Position numbers and translations under genes: made by a program | Notes under the pieces: generated by a model | What the model was told of the DNA's origin: nothing | Databases searched by the model: none | Seen by the model: only the letters and a program-made list of their open reading frames with translations | In this document: piece by piece, positions 1 to 8,577 of the stretch | How positions within the stretch are numbered: the stretch's first letter is position 1 | How the letters are laid out: each line of letters opens with the position of its first letter | Source: a virus | Taxonomy: Duplodnaviria > Caudoviricetes | Direction: 5' to 3' (one strand) | Virus record (IMG/VR): IMGVR_UViG_3300010150_000067 | Span: 1 to 34,986 of that record | DNA length: 34,986 nucleotides

Positions 1-125
1 ATCGACATTGTGCTAGTGATAGCATGTTTGAGAATGACGATGGCTTTTTTGACAACTGGAAATACGAAGTGAACGCATTTAATGTAGTTTTCACTTCAAT
101 GAAACCGTTGTTTACCTCACAATAA
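1..125 (+). CDS. 3' end of a hypothetical protein entering from the left edge
   Basis: Open frame from position 3 (RHCASDSMFENDDGFFDNWKYEVNAFNVVFTSMKPLFTSQ) ending in TAA at 123-125, just upstream of the next gene's RBS. Confidence 0.55.
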   Translation, partial: RHCASDSMFENDDGFFDNWKYEVNAFNVVFTSMKPLFTSQ

Positions 126-157
126 TAAAATACCCCATTATATCTAAGGAGCGAATT

Positions 158-1204
158 ATGTCAAACTTTGTATACATTCATAAAGGTGTCCATGCTGGAA
201 AAGAAGTTAGCGGATATTTTCCGTTGGCAAAGGAAGATCCAAGTTATGGTAAGGGCGGAATGTTTCTTACTGTTGATGGAACGTTCAGGCCTACTGAGTT
301 TCCGGCTCGAAACATTCGAGTTAAAATTGAGAACGTGATGGCGTATCAGACTGCCACAGAAGAAGAAGCAATGGAGGCCCAAGAGTCTGTTTCAGCAGAC
401 TTTGTGAAGCCTAGAGCGCCGAAAGTGGTTGAAGAAACCGACGAAGAGGTTATGAATCGCATTGAAGAACGTTTCAGCATCCTTAACGAAATGACTGAAG
501 CATCCATCAACGGTGACGTCCGCGCAATGATTGTCACAGGCCCTCCGGGTGTTGGTAAGTCATACGGTGTTGAAACAACTCTCGAAAAGGCTTCACTGTT
601 TGACAAAATCAAAGGCACTCGTACGCGATACGATGTTGTAAAGGGTGCGATGACTGCTCTCGGACTGTACGCTAAACTGTACGAGTACAGCGATCGAGGT
701 AACGTGCTAGTGTTTGATGACTGTGACTCCGTGCTGTTTGATGATTTGTCGTTGAACATTCTTAAAGCGGCACTGGACTCCGGCAAACGGCGTAGAATTT
801 GTTGGAACGCTGATAGTGCTAAACTTCGGTCCGAGGGTATTCCTAACTCGTTCGACTTCCATGGTTCGGCAATCTTTATTACTAACGTAAAGTTTGAGAA
901 CGTCCGCTCTAAGAAAGTCAAGGACCATTTAGAAGCACTCCAGTCACGTTGCCACTACTTGGACCTTACACTGGACACGATGCGCGACAAGACTCTTAGA
1001 ATTAAGCAGATTGCCAAAAGTGGTGAATTGTTTAAAGGCTATAAACTGAACGACGAAGCCCAGCAAGAAGTTCTTGACTATATGGACGAAAACAAAGACA
1101 GACTGCGAGAAGTGTCGCTACGCACCGCTCTTAAGATTGGTGACTTGCGTAAACTGTCTAAAAACAACTGGAAGCGTATGGCTGAGGTTAGCATACTTAG
1201 ATAA
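158..1204 (+). CDS. AAA+ family P-loop ATPase (phage)
   Basis: Walker A GPPGVGKS, Walker B VLVFDDCD, sensor-like FITN, arginine-finger-like ALQSRC; RBS AAGGAG at 146-151. Confidence 0.85.
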   Translation: MSNFVYIHKGVHAGKEVSGYFPLAKEDPSYGKGGMFLTVDGTFRPTEFPARNIRVKIENVMAYQTATEEEAMEAQESVSADFVKPRAPKVVEETDEEVMNRIEERFSILNEMTEASINGDVRAMIVTGPPGVGKSYGVETTLEKASLFDKIKGTRTRYDVVKGAMTALGLYAKLYEYSDRGNVLVFDDCDSVLFDDLSLNILKAALDSGKRRRICWNADSAKLRSEGIPNSFDFHGSAIFITNVKFENVRSKKVKDHLEALQSRCHYLDLTLDTMRDKTLRIKQIAKSGELFKGYKLNDEAQQEVLDYMDENKDRLREVSLRTALKIGDLRKLSKNNWKRMAEVSILR

Positions 1205-1260
1205 CCAAAGCCACTTAGGTACTTATTGCGCCGCTCCTGCGATAAGTAACTATAACACTC

Positions 1261-1287
1261 GGGGAGGCCTAGTGTCTCCCCTTTTTT
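1261..1287 (+). terminator. Rho-independent terminator after the AAA ATPase
   Basis: GGGGAGGC-CTAGT-GTCTCCCC stem-loop followed by TTTTTT. Confidence 0.85.
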
Positions 1288-1290
1288 ATT

Positions 1291-2319
1291 ATGACAAAGC
1301 CTGCTAAAGTTTATATAGAAGAAAATACCATCTACTTAAAACTTCCGTTCACTATGACGGGGTTGGATAATACCGAACAGTTTAGCACGGCAGATGTCCC
1401 GCGTCGTTTATTCTCGCATGGTAAAAGTAATAAAACTGATGTTACATGGAACGTACGAAAGAAGGCATGGGCATTTAGTTTTACTGAAGATAATCTATTT
1501 TTTATTCAAAATTTTTTAGAAAGTCTTAACGTTACAAATATAGAGTATAGTGATGAAGTTTTAAAATACCAAACTGAGGTGTATAGTATAAAAAATTCTC
1601 CAGAGGAGTATAATGTAGAACTTTGCGTTGATAATGACTTAAAACCTTATATTAAAAATGCGTCAGATTCACTACTTAAATATTTAAATGATGAGCAATT
1701 AACTGATCTTTGGATGCTAATAGACAAGTCATATGAGTTAGGTTATGGTTTAAGCGACAAAGTAAAACTAATGATCGGAGATTCAGTAGAGCATGTAATG
1801 GTATCTAATAGTAGAGTCTCTCTTGGTGGTACTCTAAAAGAAAAAGAAAAGAAGTTAAAAAGTATACTAATGTATGCCTTAAAATATAACAGGCTACCGA
1901 TTGTATTCCATTCTCCAGAAAGGTTATTGTTTGGCGCAAAATCAGTTACTGGTGTGTCTAAAAGTAAGAAGCCTATCGCATTAAACCATGCAAAGGTAGT
2001 AGATCCCCAATTTGATCCGATGGTTTTTAAAGTAATAAGACAACTTATGAAAGAGGAATCAGTCGGAGAGGCAAAACGCTTTGGTAAGAAAGATTGCTTA
2101 GTATACTATTCACATACAGCACAAGACTTGATCGAAAGCGAAATAAATCCTCAGATAATATTTTTTACCAGAATGGTCAATGAAAGAACATTTAATATAT
2201 TTCTTGACCATATACCAAAAGTGTGTTATTATAATACTGTAAACTCTCCCCTCGACGAAGAAAGTAATAGATTATTAATGGAACTAGGACCTGGCAACGA
2301 ATATTATGCCAAAATGTAA
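1291..2319 (+). CDS. Hypothetical protein
   Basis: 342-aa ORF overlapping the helicase start; no motif recognised. Confidence 0.7.
   Translation: MTKPAKVYIEENTIYLKLPFTMTGLDNTEQFSTADVPRRLFSHGKSNKTDVTWNVRKKAWAFSFTEDNLFFIQNFLESLNVTNIEYSDEVLKYQTEVYSIKNSPEEYNVELCVDNDLKPYIKNASDSLLKYLNDEQLTDLWMLIDKSYELGYGLSDKVKLMIGDSVEHVMVSNSRVSLGGTLKEKEKKLKSILMYALKYNRLPIVFHSPERLLFGAKSVTGVSKSKKPIALNHAKVVDPQFDPMVFKVIRQLMKEESVGEAKRFGKKDCLVYYSHTAQDLIESEINPQIIFFTRMVNERTFNIFLDHIPKVCYYNTVNSPLDEESNRLLMELGPGNEYYAKM
2204..2232 (+). promoter_or_regulatory. Putative sigma70-type promoter for the helicase, inside the upstream gene
   Basis: TTGACC (2204-2209), 17 nt, TGnTATTAT (-10 at 2227-2232). Confidence 0.5.
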
Positions 2320-3757
2320 ATTATATTTAAAAGACGAAGTTAACTGTAAGTTTGAAGGATTAGACTTGCTCGAAAGAAGAAAACTAGTCGAAAAATTTAA
2401 GTTTGATATTCCCCACGCACGTTTTATGCCAGCAGTACGTTTAGGACGCTGGGACGGTAAAGCGTCTTTCTTTAATCTTGGCGGTAGCACTTATACAAAT
2501 CTACTTGGTGAGATACTGCCACTGTTAGACAGTTATAAGATAGAACTTATAGACTATAGAAATCCCATAGAGTTAAACTTTGACAAAGTAACTGCTGAAA
2601 GTTACAGTCATGTAACATGGCCCGAGGGACATACACACGAAGGGAAACCTATCGTTTTGCGTGACTACCAAATAGATGTTATTAATCGCTTTTTAGAAAA
2701 CCCACAGTCCATACAAGAAGTAGCAACAGGCGCAGGTAAAACACTTATTACTGCCGCACTTAGTAATGTTTGTGAGAAGTATGGACGCACTATTGTTATT
2801 GTTCCAAACAAAAGCCTTGTAACGCAGACAGAAGAGGACTACATAAACTTAGGACTTGATGTGGGTGTGTTTTATGGCGATAGAAAAGAGTATGGCAGAA
2901 CGCATACTATTTGTACTTGGCAGAGTTTAAACATACTTACAAAGAAAACTCGCAACGCCCAAGTAGACATTACTATCGAAGACTTTATCGAAGGTGTAGT
3001 GTGCATTATGGTAGACGAAGTACATATGAGTAAAGCGGATGTGCTGAAACAATTACTAACGCAACAGTTTGCCCACGTGCCTATACGTTGGGGATTAACA
3101 GGCACAATACCAAAAGAACAATATGAATGGATGTCACTGAAAGTCAGCATTGGCGATGTAGTAAACAGAATTGCAGCCGCAGATCTACAAGATAAAGGTG
3201 TTTTAGCCAACTGTCACGTTAATATAGTACAACTTAATGACTACGGAGAATATAATAACTATCAGAGTGAATTAAAATATCTTCTTAACGATGAGGGTAG
3301 ACTTGATTACATAAGTGGTTTCATTGACAATGTTAAAGAAAGTGGAAATACTTTAATACTTGTTGATAGAATTAGTGCTGGCAAATCATTGGAAAGTAAA
3401 ATTGATAATAGTGTTTTTGTTAGCGGGTCAACAAAAGCAGATGAAAGAAAAGAACATTATGATGATGTTAAAACTTCTGATGCTAAAATTATTATAGCAA
3501 CATATGGCGTTGCGGCAGTTGGCATTAACATACCGCGTATCTTTAATCTAGTATTACTGGAACCTGGAAAGAGTTTTGTGAGAGTGATACAGAGTATTGG
3601 ACGTGGTATACGTAAAGCAGAAGATAAAGATTTTGTACAGATATGGGATATTACTAGTACGTGTAAATATGCTAAAAGACACTTAACAAAAAGAAAGTCT
3701 TTTTACAGGGAAGCGGAGTATCCATTTACAGTCGAAAAAATTAAATGGCAAGGATAA
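2306..3757 (+). CDS. uvsW: Superfamily 2 DNA helicase, UvsW-like
   Basis: RLGRWDGK N-terminal signature, LRDYQ Q-motif, ATGAGKT, DEVH, GLTGT, QSIGRGIR. Confidence 0.88.
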   Translation: MPKCKLYLKDEVNCKFEGLDLLERRKLVEKFKFDIPHARFMPAVRLGRWDGKASFFNLGGSTYTNLLGEILPLLDSYKIELIDYRNPIELNFDKVTAESYSHVTWPEGHTHEGKPIVLRDYQIDVINRFLENPQSIQEVATGAGKTLITAALSNVCEKYGRTIVIVPNKSLVTQTEEDYINLGLDVGVFYGDRKEYGRTHTICTWQSLNILTKKTRNAQVDITIEDFIEGVVCIMVDEVHMSKADVLKQLLTQQFAHVPIRWGLTGTIPKEQYEWMSLKVSIGDVVNRIAAADLQDKGVLANCHVNIVQLNDYGEYNNYQSELKYLLNDEGRLDYISGFIDNVKESGNTLILVDRISAGKSLESKIDNSVFVSGSTKADERKEHYDDVKTSDAKIIIATYGVAAVGINIPRIFNLVLLEPGKSFVRVIQSIGRGIRKAEDKDFVQIWDITSTCKYAKRHLTKRKSFYREAEYPFTVEKIKWQG

Positions 3758-3770
3758 TAAATAATAAGCA

Positions 3771-4250
3771 ATGAGTTCACAAGTTAGCGATCTTTATAAA
3801 AAGTATAATGACCTGGTCGACCAGTTTAATGATCTAAAAAAAGCAAACAAAGATATATTAGACCAGGTTGACAAAGTCAAACTAGAAAATAAAGATTTAC
3901 AATCCGAAATTATATTACTAGTAAAGCAAATGGCTACACTAGAAAAACTTGTTCATACAAAGTATATGAACTCTGGTCCCGGTGCTCCTGCTCCTAAAGC
4001 ATATGAGGTAAATTACGATGACGCCGGAAATCCACAAAAACCAATTTATCAACCACGGATCATGAGTGGAAAAAAACAGGCAGATATGTTAAAAAAGCCA
4101 CAGTCCAAAGACAGATCTCACCAATATTATGTAGTTAATCCGCGAACAAAGCAAATAGTAAGAAATCCAGATTATCACAAACCCCGTGACAATGACCCAG
4201 TAGATACACAAGATCATGATGATTTTGGTGATGATGACGTACCATTTTAA
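3771..4250 (+). CDS. Coiled-coil protein with SSB-like acidic C-terminal tail
   Basis: N-terminal heptad pattern; ends DHDDFGDDDVPF; TAAATA at 3758-3763 upstream. Confidence 0.7.
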   Translation: MSSQVSDLYKKYNDLVDQFNDLKKANKDILDQVDKVKLENKDLQSEIILLVKQMATLEKLVHTKYMNSGPGAPAPKAYEVNYDDAGNPQKPIYQPRIMSGKKQADMLKKPQSKDRSHQYYVVNPRTKQIVRNPDYHKPRDNDPVDTQDHDDFGDDDVPF

Positions 4251-4271
4251 AATTTTAAAAGAGAAAAATCA

Positions 4272-4772
4272 ATGAGAATATTAACGTTAGACAACGAAGC
4301 CTATGCTATGAATACAATGCCTGAAAAGGTAGATGATGTGAGATTTTGTATTCTTGATAACAGTAATCCAGCCGACGCAGATTACTTTTTTATACCACTT
4401 ATCTTTTTAGAGTCCTTCAATGCTCCTGCGGTGGTAATTAAACTTGGCGATCATAAGATTGCTATGCCTGTAGATTGGCATGTGGTAGTAGGCAGTCCAG
4501 AAGTCGGAGATCTTGAAGTGCTTCCACTTACAAGTGTCAATGACAGAGGATTTGAAGCGTTTATGTATAATCCACTAAGTGGTTATATGCATAGTTACAA
4601 GGAAATTGATATTGTCGACATTTACACTGAAGTTAAGTGGTACTTTCCAAAACTTAAAACTGGACAACTACTTTGCGTTCCACTACATGATGGACCTAAA
4701 CCACAGTGTGCTTACTTTGTGAGTGAGATTAATAAGCAATCCGAAATTATTGACGTTACTCAAGTAATGTAA
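4272..4772 (+). CDS. Hypothetical beta-rich phage protein
   Basis: 166-aa ORF in the replication cluster; stop overlaps next start (TAATG). Confidence 0.75.
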   Translation: MRILTLDNEAYAMNTMPEKVDDVRFCILDNSNPADADYFFIPLIFLESFNAPAVVIKLGDHKIAMPVDWHVVVGSPEVGDLEVLPLTSVNDRGFEAFMYNPLSGYMHSYKEIDIVDIYTEVKWYFPKLKTGQLLCVPLHDGPKPQCAYFVSEINKQSEIIDVTQVM

Positions 4773-5053
4773 TGGATAAAATAATAGAGTTTTGGAAAGA
4801 ATCGTACTATAGCGATAAAATAGCATTTGTATATGAACTTATAAGTTTTGTTTTTACGGTCTTTGCTAGTTTAAATTTAGCACTTACAGCAGATGAACCT
4901 AATATGCTATTAGTATATCCCGGCTTTCTTGTAGGATCAATAACAGGCATTTATGCATACTATAGACGCAAACTTGCTTGGCCAGTATTGCTTACAGGTT
5001 ACTTTGCTGTTGTAAATGTAATAGGAATAGGTGTAGCGGCAGGCTGGTGGTGA
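4772..5053 (+). CDS. Small membrane protein (about 3 TM helices)
   Basis: Three hydrophobic stretches in 93 aa; translationally coupled at both ends. Confidence 0.7.
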   Translation: MDKIIEFWKESYYSDKIAFVYELISFVFTVFASLNLALTADEPNMLLVYPGFLVGSITGIYAYYRRKLAWPVLLTGYFAVVNVIGIGVAAGWW

Positions 5054-5577
5054 AAGCGTTAGTAATAGGCAATGGCGAAAGCCGTAAGCAAATAGATTTA
5101 AACTTGTTTAAACGCGACGAGTGGGAAATATATGGTTGCAATGCGTTATATAGAGAGTTTGTTCCGGACCATTTAGTAATACTTGACTCACCAATGCGAG
5201 AAGAGTTTGAGCAAAGTAGTGTTAAAATAGCAAATGTTCATTATATAGAGAATATATCCGAGTATGAACCTATGATGAATTCGGGCGTAATAGCAATATT
5301 AATAGCAATGCGAACGCATAGCGAAATACACTTAGTCGGGTTCGACCTAGAAGATAGTGGTGGTAGAGTAAATAATATATACAACGACACAGAAAATTAT
5401 TATAATAGTAATAAAGAATCCGGTGGTTTTATTATCGAACAATATAACATTAAAGCAGTTTGTAATAGATTTAACGGCAAAATAATTAGAGTTGCTGATA
5501 ACAATCCTTTTGAACTTGACAAATACGTAGAAAATGTTACAATAAAAGAGTACGTAAAAGGATTTAAGAATGGCTAA
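5050..5577 (+). CDS. MptE/DUF115- or sialyltransferase-like Rossmann-fold protein
   Basis: Likely GTG start at 5050 (GTGA overlap with upstream stop); motifs VIGNGESR, YGCNALYR, PDHLV..D, NSG, LVGFDL. Confidence 0.6.
   Translation: MKALVIGNGESRKQIDLNLFKRDEWEIYGCNALYREFVPDHLVILDSPMREEFEQSSVKIANVHYIENISEYEPMMNSGVIAILIAMRTHSEIHLVGFDLEDSGGRVNNIYNDTENYYNSNKESGGFIIEQYNIKAVCNRFNGKIIRVADNNPFELDKYVENVTIKEYVKGFKNG
5516..5543 (+). promoter_or_regulatory. Putative sigma70-type promoter for the gp62-like / Zn-finger / mini-polymerase operon
   Basis: TTGACA (5516-5521), 16 nt, extended -10 TGnTACAAT (5538-5543). Confidence 0.6.
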
Positions 5578-6037
5578 ACCATCAGTGCTACCGTTATATG
5601 AAGTGTTTAACGCAATAGATAAGAAAGACTATCGCTGGTATAAATCATTAAGCAAAGAAAAGCAAAAGGCATTTAGCCCTTATCTACAACTTAAATATTC
5701 CGCAAGTGCAACAGGCTCCAATGAATTACAAGAGTATATGGTTCGCGCAACTAATAATGGATTAAACATTAACTTTTGGGAAGTAAGTAAGCATCCCGAC
5801 TTAACTTACAAAATACTTTGCGCTATCAATCCTGGCATTGGGAAGTTTCAACGCAAGTATCTAACAATGAAAAAAGAAACAAAGGATAATAAGAAAACTA
5901 AGTTTCTTAAAGAGATATACCCAACTTGGAAACTTAGTGATATTGAAGCATATGCCCAAATGTGCGATAAAAAAGAACTTAAAAAATTAGCAATTGATCA
6001 TGGATACGACGACAAGTCAATCAAAGAGTGGTTATGA
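5570..6037 (+). CDS. Clamp-loader small subunit-like protein (T4 gp62-like)
   Basis: Size and pattern (FNAIDKK...FSPYL...N...K-rich segment...FLKEIYP...) resemble gp62 of T4-like phages; recognised by eye. Confidence 0.5.
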   Translation: MAKPSVLPLYEVFNAIDKKDYRWYKSLSKEKQKAFSPYLQLKYSASATGSNELQEYMVRATNNGLNINFWEVSKHPDLTYKILCAINPGIGKFQRKYLTMKKETKDNKKTKFLKEIYPTWKLSDIEAYAQMCDKKELKKLAIDHGYDDKSIKEWL

Positions 6038-6701
6038 ATGTAAGTACTGCAACAGAAGTTTCGCTAGAGAAAAAACACTAGCGGCTCATGTATGTGAGCA
6101 AAAGCGCAGACATTTACAGAAAGACGAAAAGCACGTACAAATAGGTATGATTGCTTATAGGCGATTCTATGAACTGACACAAGGGTCTGCAAACTTTAAA
6201 GATTATCAGCATTTTGCTAGTAGCCAATATTATAATGCGTTCGTAAAGTTTGGCAAACACATTATGAGCATCAATGCTATTAACCCAGACTTCTTTATTG
6301 ATTATGTTATTAAAAGTAATACTAAATTAGATAATTGGTGTAAAGACTCTGTATATGAAGATTACTTATTGCCGTATATTAAAACAGAAAATGCTAGAGA
6401 CGCTTTAGAGCGTAGTATACTCAATATGGAGAACTGGGCAAATAATAATAACTCTGTGTTTAATCATTTCTTTAGGTATGTGAGTTTTAACAAAGCAGTG
6501 GCATTAATACGCAACGGCAAAATAAGTCCTTGGACAATATATCACAGTGAAACGGGTATGGATATGTTGTCTAAGATGAGTGATGAGCAGTTAGGATTAA
6601 TAAACGAATTCATTGATCCTGTTTATTGGAGTAAAAGATTTGAAGCATTCCCAGCAGACGTCGAATGGGTTAAACACATTTTAAGTGAAGCAAAAATATA
6701 G
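5994..6701 (+). CDS. Zinc-finger protein (N-terminal C2H2/C2HC-type finger)
   Basis: YECKYCNRSFAREKTLAAHVC motif; start could be 5994 or 6000. Confidence 0.7.
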   Translation: MIMDTTTSQSKSGYECKYCNRSFAREKTLAAHVCEQKRRHLQKDEKHVQIGMIAYRRFYELTQGSANFKDYQHFASSQYYNAFVKFGKHIMSINAINPDFFIDYVIKSNTKLDNWCKDSVYEDYLLPYIKTENARDALERSILNMENWANNNNSVFNHFFRYVSFNKAVALIRNGKISPWTIYHSETGMDMLSKMSDEQLGLINEFIDPVYWSKRFEAFPADVEWVKHILSEAKI

Positions 6702-6710
6702 GAGAAAATA

Positions 6711-6893
6711 ATGACAGACAATGTAGTAGATTTTGATATAAGATTATTAAGAAAAAGACATAAAGAACTAGACAGCATGATTTGGGAACTGGAGGGGCAA
6801 GATCTTGCCGAAACTCATGTCAGACTGACGGAACTTAAAAAGGAAAAGTTACATCTTAAAGATAAAATAGCATTTATGGAAAAAACTGGATAA
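6711..6893 (+). CDS. DUF465/YdcH-like small coiled-coil protein
   Basis: LRKRHKELDSMI...LKKEKLHLKDKI signature; RBS AGGAG. Confidence 0.75.
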   Translation: MTDNVVDFDIRLLRKRHKELDSMIWELEGQDLAETHVRLTELKKEKLHLKDKIAFMEKTG

Positions 6894-6897
6894 TAAA

Positions 6898-7470
6898 ATG
6901 AGTAAGGTTAATTTTGACATTGACATAGACTTGGCTGATAGAAGCAAAGTTCTCAATGCAATGCCTAACCATACACCTGCGGGCATTATACGTAATAACA
7001 CTTTAATAAAGCATAATACTGGTGTTTACTTTACAGATGTTCCAATGGATCCTATAAAAGGAGTATGCTCGCTCGACCACAAGGATGCGGAAGAGCGAGG
7101 ATACGTTAAGTTGGATTTACTTAATGTTAACTTATATAACCAAGTACAGAGCGAAGAACATTTAATTGATCTAATGTTTACAGAACCTCCGTGGGAAAGA
7201 CTTGCTGAGAAAGAATACACCGAGCAGATTATACATATTGGCAATCATTATGAACTAGTAAAGCAAATGATGCCGGATAGTATTCCTAGAATGGCGATGT
7301 TTTTGGCAGTAATACGCCCTGCTAAACGCTATCTAGCAAATAGAACGTGGAAGGAAATAGGACAAGAAGTTTGGACAGTACCAAATGATTCTAATGCGTA
7401 TTATTTTAAGAAAAGCCACTCTGTGGGCTACGCACACTTAGTAGTTGTGCATATGAATCTATTGAGATAG
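6898..7470 (+). CDS. Minimal family-C DNA polymerase (DnaE/Pol III alpha catalytic-core-like)
   Basis: DIDID, KHNTGVY, GYVKLDLL, LAVIRPA, YYFKKSHSVGYA: DnaE motifs in correct order within 190 aa. Confidence 0.8.
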   Translation: MSKVNFDIDIDLADRSKVLNAMPNHTPAGIIRNNTLIKHNTGVYFTDVPMDPIKGVCSLDHKDAEERGYVKLDLLNVNLYNQVQSEEHLIDLMFTEPPWERLAEKEYTEQIIHIGNHYELVKQMMPDSIPRMAMFLAVIRPAKRYLANRTWKEIGQEVWTVPNDSNAYYFKKSHSVGYAHLVVVHMNLLR

Positions 7471-8562
7471 CGGTGGTTCTTCCTGTACGTCTCTGGCAGA
7501 TATTGTAGAGAGTTTTTTAAATAAAGGACCAGTTTCAACAAACATTCTGTGCCTTTCCGGAAGAGATTTACCACTTGAACTAACTCTCGGGGCACTATAC
7601 GTATATCTAATTTTAAATAAAAGAAGTTGACTCCCCTTTTCATAAACCGCTACTTCCGGCCGACCCTGAGTTCCTGCTGTTCCCTTTGCATAACGAAATG
7701 CACTTTCTAAATCTACACTTGGTAAATTCTTTTTCATTGTTCTAATTGTCTGAGCAGAATAATCTTTGTTTCCTAAATTAACAATATAAACTCTAGGATC
7801 TTTCATCGCAATATGGTGATTTAAGAAGTTTGAAACATTGTCAATTAGTAAACCTTCTTTTTGTGTATTGTCTCCAGCAGTAAAACTATTAAGATCGTTT
7901 GCTACTTGTTTCATAATATTTAGAACATGTTTTTGTGGATCTGTATTATAATTTTTAATAGGCTTTAATGTAATTCCTAGTTCTTTAAAGAACTGTTGCA
8001 TATTTTCAAACGTTCTCGGAGATGCTTGCCCTACTAAGTTACTTCCTGTTTTTAAACTCCAGCCCTTAACCTGCTTTTCAGATCCGTCTGGTCTTTTATA
8101 AATTAAGAAAATATCTGCCTTTGTACCTTTTTGATCTTCTTCCCCGGCAGCCTTGACAACTAGACGATCAGGCTTTCCATTTTCTGCAAAAAGCCTTGCA
8201 TATTTTGTTGCATATATATCGCTATTAGCAAATTTAACTGCTCCCTCTAATTCATCTGCCATAAGCGTAGTTAATGATTTAACATCCCTAGCGTCATCTA
8301 TATTTTTTTGGTTTTTAATAATATTAATAAATTCAATAATATCTCCTTGAGCTCCTTTGAACTTAGCAGATAAATTTTCTTTTTTAGAGGTTGCGGTGAT
8401 TATTGCCTTTGCATCTTTAATAGAGATGTTTTTATCACCGGCTTTCATTTTTGCTACAACCGCGCTACCTAACAAATATTCTCCCATGTGCCCACGTGAA
8501 GAACCATGTGGTAACTTGTCAGACAATGCTTTTTCTGTTAAATTAAACTCTTTAAGACGCAT
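7459..8562 (-). CDS. Putative PD-(D/E)XK-fold nuclease-like protein with capsid-targeting-like leader
   Basis: N-terminus MRLKEFNLTE; GHMGE...KADIFL...GWSLK pattern; TATAAATA 5 nt upstream. Confidence 0.5.
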   Translation of the reverse strand: MRLKEFNLTEKALSDKLPHGSSRGHMGEYLLGSAVVAKMKAGDKNISIKDAKAIITATSKKENLSAKFKGAQGDIIEFINIIKNQKNIDDARDVKSLTTLMADELEGAVKFANSDIYATKYARLFAENGKPDRLVVKAAGEEDQKGTKADIFLIYKRPDGSEKQVKGWSLKTGSNLVGQASPRTFENMQQFFKELGITLKPIKNYNTDPQKHVLNIMKQVANDLNSFTAGDNTQKEGLLIDNVSNFLNHHIAMKDPRVYIVNLGNKDYSAQTIRTMKKNLPSVDLESAFRYAKGTAGTQGRPEVAVYEKGSQLLLFKIRYTYSAPRVSSSGKSLPERHRMFVETGPLFKKLSTISARDVQEEPPLSQ

Positions 8563-8567
8563 AATTG

Positions 8568-8575
8568 TATTTATA
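8568..8575 (-). promoter_or_regulatory. T4-type late promoter TATAAATA
   Basis: + strand TATTTATA = TATAAATA on - strand, 5 nt before the ATG at 8562. Confidence 0.75.
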
Positions 8576-8577
8576 CA

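Noticed and set aside
4272-4772. Possible free-standing Hint/intein-like domain (beta-rich, similar size)
   Set aside because: No N-terminal Cys/Ser, TxxH or terminal HN motif; cannot be supported without a profile search.
6898-8562. dnaE interrupted by an intron or mobile endonuclease
   Set aside because: No remaining DnaE fragments were seen on either side, and the motifs are internally compressed rather than simply cut off.
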